DNA of 54,646 nt from Chitinophaga pinensis (GCA_945878925.1 CAMDXE010000002.1:1-54646), one strand, 5' to 3'. Counted from the stretch's first letter, positions 1 through 9,902 are shown. Notes: generated from the sequence alone by a model not told the origin. Translations and numbers: made by a program.

Positions 1-120
1 GGAACGGTCTTTAGTTTTTCATTGTCGAAACCTTTACAGGAAGATTAGATAAGAGCGCTTCAAACAATCAATGCTGATTATTAAAGCTGTTATTAAAGTA
101 TTTGAGGGAGGGTATTGGTT

Positions 121-3100
121 TTATTCTTTTGGCCCAATTAAGGTAACAATTCCATGGGCTTCTTTGGCCTTATCCTCACATTTTATTTTATAATTTAGAA
201 TATAAAAGTAGGTGCCATCGGGATACAAATCGCTGACAACATTAGGGCGTCCTCGCCAATTGTAGCCATCGTCGCCAACACCATCTTTGTCGGTTTCGAA
301 AAGTTTTTGTCCCCATCGGTTAAATATGGAAAGTTTATATTCATCCAATCCTTCGGTTAAAATATCGAAGGCGTCGTTTTTGTGGTCATTGTTGCCCGGA
401 GTAAATACATTGGGGATAACCAATTTTATAGCAAAATCAACGTTGATAGAGGTGCATAAGGTATCGCGGCATCCATCAGAGTTTTCAACAAACAAACAGG
501 GTTTGAAAAGACCTTTGCGCGTTATATATTGATACGATAATTGCTTTTCACTGCGAATATTTTTCGCATCACCTGCCAACGAATCGCCTAAATTCCAACT
601 AAACGATTTAGCATTTTTTGTATTATTGGTAAATGTATAAACAGGGCATGAGGTGCTATCTTCATCTAAGGTGAAAGCGGCTTTAATTTCGGTAACCCTT
701 ACCAGTTTCGAAAGCGTATCGGAACACGATCTAAACGAGGGGGCTTTTGGAGGATACCAAGGCGAATAAAAAATTCGGAATGTACCAGTGTCTTTGGCCA
801 ATAAGGAGGCTGTTTTGTTGGGCGTTTCAACGCTATCGACGTCCGCAATTTTCCATCTATGAAGGGTATACATGGTGTCGGATTTCGATTGAACCACAAT
901 GGGTTTGTTTTTACACTGGATAAAATTAACACTAAAATCGGCCTTAGGGGCAGGCAAAACTTCAATTTTCCTTACGGGATGATTGATTAAAGCCGTATCG
1001 GGAAAAAGCGTTGTACAATAATAAATTGCATTTCCAGCATTTGGATTTTTTACACTATCGCTACCAAACAAATAAATATAATAAATGCCGGGTTGGGTAT
1101 AGGTAAAGCTTACGTTGGTGTCTTGGTTGGTTGATAGTTTTGTTTTGAGCGGATCGCCAAAATACCAAATATAGTCGCGCGTTTTTATGGACTTGTTTTT
1201 AAACTTGGCTGTAAAAGGAGCGCATCCTACCGAGTCTCCAATAATATCGAAATCGGCAACGGGTCCTTCCACACTGATGTTGATATAGGCGGTGTCGGTA
1301 CAGCCCCTCGAATTTTCAACTTTTTGAAACACCGTGTAATTTCCAAAGGTGCTATAGTAGTGAACAGGGTTTTGTATATAGCTTGGGTTTCCTCCATCGC
1401 CAAATTCCCAATAATATTTGGTAATGCTGTCGGTTGGGGGTTTATAATCGCTAAAGGATGAATCGTAAAGCTGAAGAATGCCATCGCAAATTAAGCGTTT
1501 AAAAAGCGTTCGAATTCCGGCATGAACTCCTCCAACATTTACCGTGGTACTTAAGGTATCCCAACAATTGAATGAATCTTTGGCAGCCAACCTTACTTTA
1601 AAATTGCCAATTTTTGGAAATGAAATTACAGGATTTGCAGTATCGGTAGCAAAGCCACGTCCATCGGCAAAGTCCCAGCGAAATATTTCACGGTTTTCCA
1701 ATTTCCTTTGGGCAATATGCCAATAGTTTTTGCTTGGCATAATGGGGTTAGGATACAATAAACTGCTATCCAAATAACACATAGAATCTTTGAGCATAAC
1801 CATTGCCCCCGGACATATGACCGAATCAAAGTTAACCGACATTTTAAACCCAATGATTATTTTTTGAAGGTAATCGCTATAACATCCCTTTTCATTTTCG
1901 ATGTAATAGCGCATAACATAGTTGCCCGGCCGTTTATAGGTATGCCCAACTCGAGGTATTATAGTGTCGCCTTTATTTTGAATGATGGTGTCGGATTTCG
2001 AATTATCGCCCCAGGTCCAAGTGGTATACGCTATTTTGGGCTGAATGGAATCGATGATCTCGGGTTTGGTTAAATAATTTAAGCAAAAAATAGGAGGAAC
2101 GATTTTAGCTAAAGGATCTTTGGAGAGTTGGAACCACTTGTGTTTCCATACTGTATCTAAACAAATTCGGCTCGAATCGACATAAAAGTCGGCGGTATCG
2201 TTAAATCCTCTATAAATTATTCGGCTCCCAAATTCGAGGGCAAAACCTACGGTAACCCATCCGTCTTTATCACAAGGCGCCGTATAAGGATAATCGGTTA
2301 CCATCCGAATACTCCATCGGTCTTTATCGCAAGTAGAGTCTACATTGACTCGGGCATTAACCGACGAACATAAATTATGACTAAAGTGAATATAGTAATC
2401 TACTTTATTGCCAATACAAAGCCGGCTGGAGGTATAATTAAATTTAAGTGTATCGGGCCGCATCACATTAACGCCGCCCATATAGGTGCTCGAAGCGCAA
2501 CCAGTTATGGTGTCTTTTACTGTTAAAGTATAGGTTCGGCAAGTAGGATTTACATAAAAATGTTTGCCCAGCGAATCGGTGCTGTAATTGCAATTGCTGT
2601 TTACATCAATTCCTTTTTCGCGGCTAGTGGTGCAAAGCGGCGCTTTGTCGTCGCCAAAATCCCAAAAATAAAGTAGCTTGCCTGTACCGTATTGCTTTAC
2701 TTTGGTTTTAAAATATACGGTATCCTTATTGTCGCACTGGTTACTGTTGAGCACAATAACATTAACACTGTAACCTATAACTTCGATGGTGTCGTATTTA
2801 AATTTTTTAACACAACCGTAGTTGTACATTTCGAGCGATACCTTATGTATACCGGGTTCGGGGGTTAGGTCCACATATTTCATGTCCACCCCATAATCTT
2901 GCGATTTATCGTCCAAATACCAAAAATACCAAGCCCCCAATAACAAATCTGTTTGTTGTATTCTAAACACATTGCCCATGCATTGTTTATAGGCATTTTT
3001 CGACAAATTAAAAGCTATGCTATAAATAACAACGTCGATAATGGTATCGTATTTGGTTTCGCATCCGTTTTTTTGAACATAAGAAAGGCTTACCCTATAT

Positions 3101-3876
3101 TTTCCACTTTTTTTGTAAAAATGATTAATGTGTTTGCTTCTTGTAGTAATCTTTGGGCTGCCATCACCCCAGTCGTAAATTCTTGTAATAAGAGATGAAG
3201 TATCGCCGGTAATTACGTCTGTAAATTCGGTTCGGGCCGAGTCGCAAAATCGCAACGATTCGTTATCGATGCTATAAACCCAAGGCTTTGGCACAAGATC
3301 TTTTAAAATAATAATTTCAATTTCGGAAATCAACTTGCAATTTTTTGAGTTGGTAAGTTCTATGGTTACCTTATAGGTTCCCGAATTGGCATATTTATGG
3401 CAAATATTATCGCCTATTTGTGGCGAGCTTGTGGTGTCCTGGTTTCCATCATCCCAAACGATTATTCGCTTAATAAGCGTAACGCCCGTATCGCCTCCTG
3501 TTGAACTGTCGACTAGGCACACATTATTTTGCCATAAACAATAATTGCTACTTGCTTTTTTTGTGATTTTAAATTTTGGCAACTCATAAACTGTAACATT
3601 TTTTGTAGCTACACATGTGCCTCCACCCATAAGGCTTACCGTAACCTTAATGGATTTGATGCCTGCAGTAGAATATTTGTGGCTAAAACTAAGCTGCGTG
3701 GAGGTGGTGGCGTCGCCCATGTCCCAAACTGCGGATGCTATACCCGAGGTTGCCGTTACATCAAAGCTCATTATTTCTTCCTTACAAACGATGTTGGATG
3801 AAACGATAGAACAATTTTGGCCGAAGACGTTAACTGCGGCTGAAAATGAAAAAATAAATAGTAGTAGCCTGAACAT
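121..3876 (-). CDS. PKD-repeat cell-surface protein with T9SS type-B (gliding-motility-associated) C-terminal sorting domain
   Basis: The ORF track gives 1254 aa from TTG at 3885. I prefer ATG at 3876, which gives the signal peptide MFRLLLFIFSFSAAVNVFGQ. PKD signatures recur (WDMGDATTS, YDWGDGS, WDFGDDK, WTWGDNS, WEFGDGG, WYFGD, WNLGD). The C-terminus VIPNVFTPGNNDHKNDAF..IFNRWGQKLFE..GTYFYIL..HGIVTLI fits the type-B CTD pattern. Confidence 0.85.
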   Translation of the reverse strand: MFRLLLFIFSFSAAVNVFGQNCSIVSSNIVCKEEIMSFDVTATSGIASAVWDMGDATTSTQLSFSHKYSTAGIKSIKVTVSLMGGGTCVATKNVTVYELPKFKITKKASSNYCLWQNNVCLVDSSTGGDTGVTLIKRIIVWDDGNQDTTSSPQIGDNICHKYANSGTYKVTIELTNSKNCKLISEIEIIILKDLVPKPWVYSIDNESLRFCDSARTEFTDVITGDTSSLITRIYDWGDGSPKITTRSKHINHFYKKSGKYRVSLSYVQKNGCETKYDTIIDVVIYSIAFNLSKNAYKQCMGNVFRIQQTDLLLGAWYFWYLDDKSQDYGVDMKYVDLTPEPGIHKVSLEMYNYGCVKKFKYDTIEVIGYSVNVIVLNSNQCDNKDTVYFKTKVKQYGTGKLLYFWDFGDDKAPLCTTSREKGIDVNSNCNYSTDSLGKHFYVNPTCRTYTLTVKDTITGCASSTYMGGVNVMRPDTLKFNYTSSRLCIGNKVDYYIHFSHNLCSSVNARVNVDSTCDKDRWSIRMVTDYPYTAPCDKDGWVTVGFALEFGSRIIYRGFNDTADFYVDSSRICLDTVWKHKWFQLSKDPLAKIVPPIFCLNYLTKPEIIDSIQPKIAYTTWTWGDNSKSDTIIQNKGDTIIPRVGHTYKRPGNYVMRYYIENEKGCYSDYLQKIIIGFKMSVNFDSVICPGAMVMLKDSMCYLDSSLLYPNPIMPSKNYWHIAQRKLENREIFRWDFADGRGFATDTANPVISFPKIGNFKVRLAAKDSFNCWDTLSTTVNVGGVHAGIRTLFKRLICDGILQLYDSSFSDYKPPTDSITKYYWEFGDGGNPSYIQNPVHYYSTFGNYTVFQKVENSRGCTDTAYINISVEGPVADFDIIGDSVGCAPFTAKFKNKSIKTRDYIWYFGDPLKTKLSTNQDTNVSFTYTQPGIYYIYLFGSDSVKNPNAGNAIYYCTTLFPDTALINHPVRKIEVLPAPKADFSVNFIQCKNKPIVVQSKSDTMYTLHRWKIADVDSVETPNKTASLLAKDTGTFRIFYSPWYPPKAPSFRSCSDTLSKLVRVTEIKAAFTLDEDSTSCPVYTFTNNTKNAKSFSWNLGDSLAGDAKNIRSEKQLSYQYITRKGLFKPCLFVENSDGCRDTLCTSINVDFAIKLVIPNVFTPGNNDHKNDAFDILTEGLDEYKLSIFNRWGQKLFETDKDGVGDDGYNWRGRPNVVSDLYPDGTYFYILNYKIKCEDKAKEAHGIVTLIGPKE

Positions 3877-3930
3877 CAACTGCAATTATAGGAACAAAAT
3901 TTAAAAAATGGGGTATTTGAGCAAATTTTA

Positions 3931-4950
3931 TTATACCCAAACGCTAGTGCCTTCGGTGCAATTTTTGCAAATCTCAATGTTTTTGCGCGACTTGAGCAAT
4001 AAGGATCTAAAATTGGCATAGGATGCGCCCTGCCATATTTCGGTAAAGGTTTTATCCGGCAATTGGCCAAGCCTATAAGATGCATCTTTATCAAAACAGC
4101 AGGGCACCACTTTTCCGTCCCAAGTAATAACACATCCTTGCCACATTCTCCAACAATGATTGAGTAATTTGTTTTTTATGGCAAACGTCGTTTTCGAAAA
4201 ACTATACCTCGAATATTTCGTGTTGACTGGCAGTAAATCGCTCCCTGTTTGGTAATCGTAAACTTGAGCAGTTTTTAAAGCCAGATGATCGACTCCAATT
4301 GTTTTTGCAAGTTTTTTAACCTCATCCACCTCATGTTCGTTGTGCCCAAACACTATGAATTGCCAAATAATATAAGGGGTTTTGCTTTTTAATTTCTTTT
4401 TCCAAGTCACCAAATTTTTAGTCCCTTCCATTACCTTGTCCAATTGCCCCCCAATTCTGTATTTTTTATACGATTCTTCGGTTATTCCATCCATCGATAT
4501 TATCAATCTGTCTAATCCCGATTCTATGGTATTTTTACAATTTGAGTTATCGAGGTAATGCGCATTGGTGCTCGTTGCTGTATAGATTTTTTTTTGAGAG
4601 GCATAGGCTACCATTTCTAAAAATGAGGGGTTTAAAAAAGGTTCGCCCTGAAAATAAAGGGTGAGGTAAGTTAGGGCAGGCCCAACCTGATCTAAAGCAT
4701 TTTTGTAAGTATTCATATCCAACATTCCGGTAGGTCGCGAAAATTGGCGTAGCCCACTTGGACATTGTGGACATCGTAAATTGCAAGAGGTTGTAGGTTC
4801 TATGCTTATAGAAATGGGCATACCCCTATGATGATTTTTTTTAAATAGCTTCGAATAATAATAGCTGCCTACTATTTTTATCATATTTCGTATCCGAAGG
4901 GCATTCAGTTTCGAAATAAAATTAAGTCCATCAAGGGTTTTGGCAAGCAT
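3931..4950 (-). CDS. radical SAM / SPASM-domain protein (substrate unknown)
   Basis: 339-aa ORF. It has the CxxxCxxC radical SAM cluster motif in IEPTTSCNLRCPQCPSG. The C-terminal Cys-rich region (WDGKVVPCCFDKD ... ICKNCTEG) is typical of the SPASM auxiliary-cluster domain. Confidence 0.85.
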   Translation of the reverse strand: MLAKTLDGLNFISKLNALRIRNMIKIVGSYYYSKLFKKNHHRGMPISISIEPTTSCNLRCPQCPSGLRQFSRPTGMLDMNTYKNALDQVGPALTYLTLYFQGEPFLNPSFLEMVAYASQKKIYTATSTNAHYLDNSNCKNTIESGLDRLIISMDGITEESYKKYRIGGQLDKVMEGTKNLVTWKKKLKSKTPYIIWQFIVFGHNEHEVDEVKKLAKTIGVDHLALKTAQVYDYQTGSDLLPVNTKYSRYSFSKTTFAIKNKLLNHCWRMWQGCVITWDGKVVPCCFDKDASYRLGQLPDKTFTEIWQGASYANFRSLLLKSRKNIEICKNCTEGTSVWV

Positions 4951-4961
4951 AATTAATCATT

Positions 4962-4969
4962 CAAAATTA
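4962..4969 (-). promoter_or_regulatory. putative Bacteroidota -7 box (TAATTTTG on minus strand) for the radical SAM gene
   Basis: The forward sequence CAAAATTA is TAnnTTTG on the minus strand, 11 nt upstream of the ATG at 4950. Confidence 0.3.
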
Positions 4970-5157
4970 ATCAAGGAAAGCATGTATTTATAGCTAATCT
5001 TTTTATAAGGTTAAAAGCAAGCATCTTTTGAAGCAGAGCGCACGTATAGTTTCATCTTTTAGGTTTTTTAAGGTGCTTGTTTATTGGTTTGGTGTTGGAT
5101 AAATTTTCGGCCTTATATTTCGCTAAATTAGGGTAAAATGGTCTGCTTTTTTTAAGC

Positions 5158-5165
5158 TAAATTTG
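5158..5165 (+). promoter_or_regulatory. putative Bacteroidota -7 box (TAAATTTG) for the ccm operon
   Basis: TAAATTTG matches TAnnTTTG, 17 nt upstream of the TTG start at 5183. Confidence 0.3.
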
Positions 5166-5182
5166 CCCTAAATTTTAAAACC

Positions 5183-5860
5183 TTGATTAATTCAAATTGG
5201 TGGAAATATTTAGGAGCAGTTTTAGTGCTCTATTCTATTATTGGTGGCTTGCTTTTTGTGAACCCAAATAATTTATTATTTTTAGACGAAACAGTTCGCA
5301 ATCTCAATTTTCATGTGCCCATGTGGTTTACTATGATTGCCTTATTATTTATTTCGGTAGTCAATAGCATGAAATACCTTAAAACGTTCGATTTGAAGTA
5401 TGATATCATCGCTTCGAAATGCGCAGCGGTTGCTGTTTTGTTTGGATTAATGGGTTTGGCAACAGGCTCGGTATGGGCCCGCTTTAGTTGGGGGTCGTGG
5501 TGGACAGCCGATGCCAAATTAAATGGAGCAGCTATTGGCGAATTGCTGTACTTGGCCTATTTGATTCTTCGAAATTCTATAGATGAACCTTCCAAAAAAG
5601 CGCGATTATCCTCGGTGTATAGCATTTTTGCTTTTCCTCTGTTTTTGGTATTTGCATGGATTTATCCTAAAATGATTACCAATAGCATGCATCCAGGAAG
5701 TGGCGATACCGTAGGATTTAATCAATATCCGTTAAACAATAACCTGCGAATGACTTTTTACCCAGCAGTTATAGGATGGATATGCATGGGTTGGTGGATG
5801 AGCACCTTGCTTATTCGCAACGAATTTTTACGCTTAAACAAACAAAAAAATGAAAATTAA
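5183..5860 (+). CDS. ccmC: heme exporter / cytochrome c maturation protein CcmC
   Basis: 225-aa polytopic membrane ORF with a TTG start. It has the Trp-rich WWD-like motif WARFSWGSWWTADAKL flanked by conserved His contexts (NFHVPMW, NSMHPGSG). It lies immediately upstream of ccmD/E/F. Confidence 0.85.
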   Translation: MINSNWWKYLGAVLVLYSIIGGLLFVNPNNLLFLDETVRNLNFHVPMWFTMIALLFISVVNSMKYLKTFDLKYDIIASKCAAVAVLFGLMGLATGSVWARFSWGSWWTADAKLNGAAIGELLYLAYLILRNSIDEPSKKARLSSVYSIFAFPLFLVFAWIYPKMITNSMHPGSGDTVGFNQYPLNNNLRMTFYPAVIGWICMGWWMSTLLIRNEFLRLNKQKNEN

Positions 5861-6053
5861 ACTCTTAATACTCTTAAGTTTTATTTCTACTATGGCCTTT
5901 GCTCAAACGCACGAAAATCCTTTTTATAGCAATGGCAAAATTTATGTAGTAGTAACAGTTATTAGCATAATATTTACCGGTATAGTTGTGTATCTAATTA
6001 CCTTAGATCGGCGCTTAAAAAAAACAGAAAAAGAATTAAAAGATAAGCCTTAG
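5850..6053 (+). CDS. CcmD-family small membrane protein (Bacteroidota 'alternative' CcmD type)
   Basis: 67 aa with a signal-like N-terminus plus one TM helix (VVVTVISIIFTGIVVYLITL) followed by a basic tail (DRRLKKTEKELK). The ATG overlaps the ccmC stop by 11 nt, and its position between ccmC and ccmE fits CcmD. Confidence 0.6.
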   Translation: MKIKLLILLSFISTMAFAQTHENPFYSNGKIYVVVTVISIIFTGIVVYLITLDRRLKKTEKELKDKP

Positions 6054-6106
6054 CGCATAACTAAAGCTACTTTAAATTTAAAAACCAAGAGCAGAAAAAT
6101 ACTTGA

Positions 6107-6496
6107 ATGAAAACCATTAACATTATTATTTTAGCGGTCATTGCAGCAGCCATAGCCATATTTGTAGGCGCTTATAACGACAGCAGCACCTATGCCGATT
6201 TTAAAACGGCCAAAGAAAACTTAGGACAGGAATATCACATCGTAGGCCGATTAAATAAGCTTAAGCCAATGGTTTATGAACCTTTAAAAAATGCCAATAG
6301 GTTTGAATTTTTCTTGATAGATTCATTGGGCAAAGAGGCTAAAGTAATTTATAGCGAACCAAAACCAACCGATTTTGACCGAAGCGATAAAGTGGTGGTT
6401 ATTGGAAAATTCGAGAGCAAGGAAGGCGATTTTATAGCTACAAAAATTTTATTAAAATGTCCTTCGAAATACGAGGCTGAAAACACTGCAAAATAA
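6107..6496 (+). CDS. ccmE: cytochrome c maturation heme chaperone CcmE, CxxxY variant
   Basis: 129 aa with an N-terminal TM anchor, an OB-fold-like body (YHIVGRL..VVVIGKF) and the C-terminal motif LLKCPSKYE. This is Cys118-x3-Tyr122 (TGT at 6458-6460) in place of the canonical HxxxY heme-binding motif. Confidence 0.85.
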   Translation: MKTINIIILAVIAAAIAIFVGAYNDSSTYADFKTAKENLGQEYHIVGRLNKLKPMVYEPLKNANRFEFFLIDSLGKEAKVIYSEPKPTDFDRSDKVVVIGKFESKEGDFIATKILLKCPSKYEAENTAK

Positions 6497-9054
6497 TGGA
6501 GGTTATCTATTCAGGCGAGAATCTAATATTAGGCAATGTGGGTCATTTTTTTGTGGCCTTGGCGTTTTGTGCCGCCTTATTAAGTGCCATCTCTTATTTT
6601 ATTTCCACCAATAACAAGGACGATAAGGGTTGGAAAAAATTGGCAAGAACTTCATTTTGGATACATGCCCTGGCTGTAACTGGAATTTTTACCACCCTTT
6701 TTATCATTATTTACGGGCATTATTTCGAATATCAATATGCCTGGCAACACAGTTCAAAAAGTTTGCCTTGGTATTATATGCTCTCTTGTTTTTGGGAAGG
6801 GCAGGAGGGAAGCTTTTTGCTTTGGATGTTTTGGAACGCGGTTATTGGAATTCTTTTAATTTATACCGTTAAGGATTGGGAAAGTCCTGTATTGGCTGTG
6901 GTGTGCCTTACTCAAATTGTATTGGGCAGCATGCTTTTGGGACTTGATGTGGGCGAAATTTATAAAATAGGCAGTAGCCCGTTTTCATTGCTTCGCGAAA
7001 AAATGGCTGCAAATGCACCAATTTTTAGAACGCCCGATTATTTAAAACAAATTGTTGACGGAAAAGGACTCAATCCCTTGTTACAAAATTATTGGATGGT
7101 CATTCATCCACCTACCTTATTCTTTGGATTTGCCACAAGTATAATTCCCTTCGCATTTGCCATTTCGGGCCTTTGGACAGGCCAATATAAAGCCTGGCTA
7201 AAGCCGGCCTTACCGTGGACTTTGGTTTCGGTAATGGTATTGGGAACCGGCATAATAATGGGTGGATTTTGGGCTTACGAATCCTTGTCGTTTGGAGGTT
7301 ATTGGGCTTGGGATCCCGTTGAAAACGCATCCTTGGTGCCTTGGCTCCTTTTAATTGCTACTGTTCACTTGATGCTTATTTATAAAAGCACAGGCACGAG
7401 CATTATTTTAACCTATTTATTTAGCATAGCCTCTTTTATGCTGGTATTGTACGCCACGTTTTTGACACGAAGCGGTATATTAGGCGACAGCAGCGTTCAC
7501 TCATTTACCGATTTGGGGCTAAGTGGGCAGCTCATGATTTTTATGTTTATTTTTTATGCCCTTCCCCTATTTGCAATGGTAAAAGATAAACGTCAAAAAA
7601 TTTACCTTAACCTAATTTATTGGAGCCTGTTTGTAGCCAATATTGTGCTTGGTATAGTGAGCAAAAACGCAATGTATTTTAGCATACTAAAATGGATGGA
7701 TATTGCCATGTTTGCCGCCATAAGTTTTTGGTTTGTTTATAAACTTTACAAAACGTTTCCAGCCAGTAAAATGGAAGAAGATTTTAAAAGCCGCGAATTA
7801 TGGATGTTTATTGGAAGCCTTTTTTTATTGCTCTCGGCCTTTCAAATTATTTTGGCTACCTCGTTTCCGGTTATTAATAAATTATTTGGAAGCAGCATTG
7901 CCCCACCTGCCGATGCCATCGAATATTATAATTTTTGGCAAATGCCAATAGCCATTGTCATCGCTTTTTTAACCGGCATTGGTCAATATTTTAAGTACAA
8001 AACATCTTCGTTCAAAGTTGTTGGGTTTCAGTTAATAAAAACCTTTGCCATCGCCGTTGTTTTATCGGTGGCTTGCATGTTTTTGTTTCAAATTTGGACA
8101 GCCTATTACCTAGTATTATTGTTGGCTGGAGTATACGCCATTGTCGGTAATATTAATTTTATGCTCACAACCTTAAAGGGTAAGCTTTGGCTTGCCGGTG
8201 GATCTATTGCGCATATTGGATTTGGACTCATGCTTATAGGTATTTTGGTGTCGAGCGCCAAAAAACAAGTGATATCTGTAAATGAAACAGTCGATTATGG
8301 AAAAAGCATGGACGATAAAGCAAAACGCGAAAACATGCTTCTGCTTAAAGGCGATACTGTGCGGATGGCCGACTATTTGGTTAGCTATGGCTCTGATACG
8401 GTTATTGGTCCCAATACATTTTACAAAGTTTATTATAAAGGAATTGGCAATAGCGACGAGTTTTTCTTATGGCCTAATGCACAAATAAACAATAACCAAC
8501 TGAATGCCAATCCCGATACTAGGCATTATTTAACCCATGATGTGTATACCTTTGTTAGCAATGTTCCCGATAAGGCTAAGCAAAATAGCGAACCTTGGGG
8601 CGAGCCAAAAGTACATCAAGTTATAATAGGCGATACCATTAAAACCGAAAATGGAATGGTTATTTTCGAGAGCATCGATAAAAATGCAAAGCCACAGCAA
8701 TTGCGATTAAACCACCAAATGTTGGGCGCAAACTTAAAAATTGTCGATGGAAAACACGTCTATAGAACCAAACCGATTTTTGGTATAGCAAACGACAAAT
8801 CGCTTTATACCATCGAATCTGTAGTGGATGAAGCTGGGTTGAAGTTTCAGTTTTATATTAAGGCGGCCGATGCAGGTGTTGCGGCCTTTATCGAAACAAG
8901 CGAACGCCCTGCCATTCGCGATTTTATTATCATGAAAGCTATTGTGTTTCCATATATTAATTTGTTATGGGGAGGTGTAATTGTTATGGTTATTGGGTTT
9001 GCACTTTCCATTGTCAAACGAACCAAAGAATACCGACGCAGTCTTGAAAAGTAA
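6496..9054 (+). CDS. ccmF: cytochrome c heme lyase / maturation protein CcmF
   Basis: 852-aa polytopic membrane ORF. The WWD motif WAYESLSFGGYWAWDPVENASLVPWL is near-canonical for CcmF. The start overlaps the ccmE stop (TAATG). Confidence 0.9.
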   Translation: MEVIYSGENLILGNVGHFFVALAFCAALLSAISYFISTNNKDDKGWKKLARTSFWIHALAVTGIFTTLFIIIYGHYFEYQYAWQHSSKSLPWYYMLSCFWEGQEGSFLLWMFWNAVIGILLIYTVKDWESPVLAVVCLTQIVLGSMLLGLDVGEIYKIGSSPFSLLREKMAANAPIFRTPDYLKQIVDGKGLNPLLQNYWMVIHPPTLFFGFATSIIPFAFAISGLWTGQYKAWLKPALPWTLVSVMVLGTGIIMGGFWAYESLSFGGYWAWDPVENASLVPWLLLIATVHLMLIYKSTGTSIILTYLFSIASFMLVLYATFLTRSGILGDSSVHSFTDLGLSGQLMIFMFIFYALPLFAMVKDKRQKIYLNLIYWSLFVANIVLGIVSKNAMYFSILKWMDIAMFAAISFWFVYKLYKTFPASKMEEDFKSRELWMFIGSLFLLLSAFQIILATSFPVINKLFGSSIAPPADAIEYYNFWQMPIAIVIAFLTGIGQYFKYKTSSFKVVGFQLIKTFAIAVVLSVACMFLFQIWTAYYLVLLLAGVYAIVGNINFMLTTLKGKLWLAGGSIAHIGFGLMLIGILVSSAKKQVISVNETVDYGKSMDDKAKRENMLLLKGDTVRMADYLVSYGSDTVIGPNTFYKVYYKGIGNSDEFFLWPNAQINNNQLNANPDTRHYLTHDVYTFVSNVPDKAKQNSEPWGEPKVHQVIIGDTIKTENGMVIFESIDKNAKPQQLRLNHQMLGANLKIVDGKHVYRTKPIFGIANDKSLYTIESVVDEAGLKFQFYIKAADAGVAAFIETSERPAIRDFIIMKAIVFPYINLLWGGVIVMVIGFALSIVKRTKEYRRSLEK

Positions 9055-9817
9055 AATAACTTTAATTGGCTCAGGCAATCTTGCCTCTCATTTAGCCAGA
9101 GCTTTCGATTTGGCTGGGCACCAAATACATCAAATTGTGAGTAGAAATGAAGTTAGCGGTAAGGCCTTGGCAAAAATGTACGCTGCTTTTTACAGCAATA
9201 ATCCTTCGAATACCCTTGAAGATAGTGATTTCGTTTTTTTAACCGTTCCGGATAAAGCCATCGAGCTTACCCTTAAAAGCATTAAACCAAAGGGCCCTAT
9301 TTTTTTGCATTGCGCCGGCAGTGTTTCTTTAGCTCAAATAGAAAGCTATAAGGATAATGTAGGTGTTTTTTATCCTCTACAAACGTTTACGGTTGAGCGG
9401 CCGGTCAATTTTTTTAATATTCCAGTTTTTATCGAAGCCTCCAATCAAGATACGTTTCAAAAAATATGGGATTTGGCAGATAGTATTTCCAATACCGTTA
9501 AACACCTCGATTCGGATAAACGATTTAGCCTGCATTTGGCAGCTGTAGTCGCTAATAATTTTACTAATTATTTATTGGTTCAAACCGAAAAAATCTTGGC
9601 TACGCATAATCTTCCAATGGAATACATAAAACCATTGGTGGAAGAAACTGTAAAAAAAGCGTTTGATATTGGTCCAATTGCTAGCCAAACCGGTCCTGCC
9701 ATTCGCCACGACACAGTCACTATTCAAAAACATTTGGATAGTTTGGCATCGAATCCTGAAATGAAAGAGATGTATGCGATGCTTTCAAACGCTATTCAAA
9801 TGTTAGCAAAGCGCTAA
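9044..9817 (+). CDS. Rossmann-like NAD(P)-binding protein with DUF2520 domain
   Basis: The N-terminus has a dinucleotide-binding loop (ITLIGSGNLASHLA). Later motifs YPLQTF, LHLAAVVANNFTNYL and QTGPAIRHD are typical of DUF2520 proteins. The ORF track extends to 8981 inside ccmF; I place the start at TTG 9044, and this start is uncertain. Confidence 0.7.
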   Translation: MKSKITLIGSGNLASHLARAFDLAGHQIHQIVSRNEVSGKALAKMYAAFYSNNPSNTLEDSDFVFLTVPDKAIELTLKSIKPKGPIFLHCAGSVSLAQIESYKDNVGVFYPLQTFTVERPVNFFNIPVFIEASNQDTFQKIWDLADSISNTVKHLDSDKRFSLHLAAVVANNFTNYLLVQTEKILATHNLPMEYIKPLVEETVKKAFDIGPIASQTGPAIRHDTVTIQKHLDSLASNPEMKEMYAMLSNAIQMLAKR

Positions 9818-9902
9818 TTGCTAATAAATAGAATTCCATAAATCATTAATTTATTGGCATGCAGCTAGAATATTGTATGCGAAAGGAATATTTTATAGAT
9901 AG

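Noticed and set aside
1-120. A possible start of a downstream minus-strand partner gene (for example porP/sprF) after the 1254-aa cargo; an ATG is present (rc ...ATGAAAAACTAA).
   Set aside because: That ATG frame stops after three codons, and the other frames give no recognisable start within 120 nt. The window edge prevents any call.
8981-9043. The ORF-track start of the DUF2520 gene is 74 nt inside ccmF.
   Set aside because: The extra residues (MLWLLGLHFPLSNEPKNTDAV) duplicate the ccmF C-terminal coding region in another frame and precede the Rossmann GxGxxA loop by too much. TTG 9044 is more plausible, though still uncertain.
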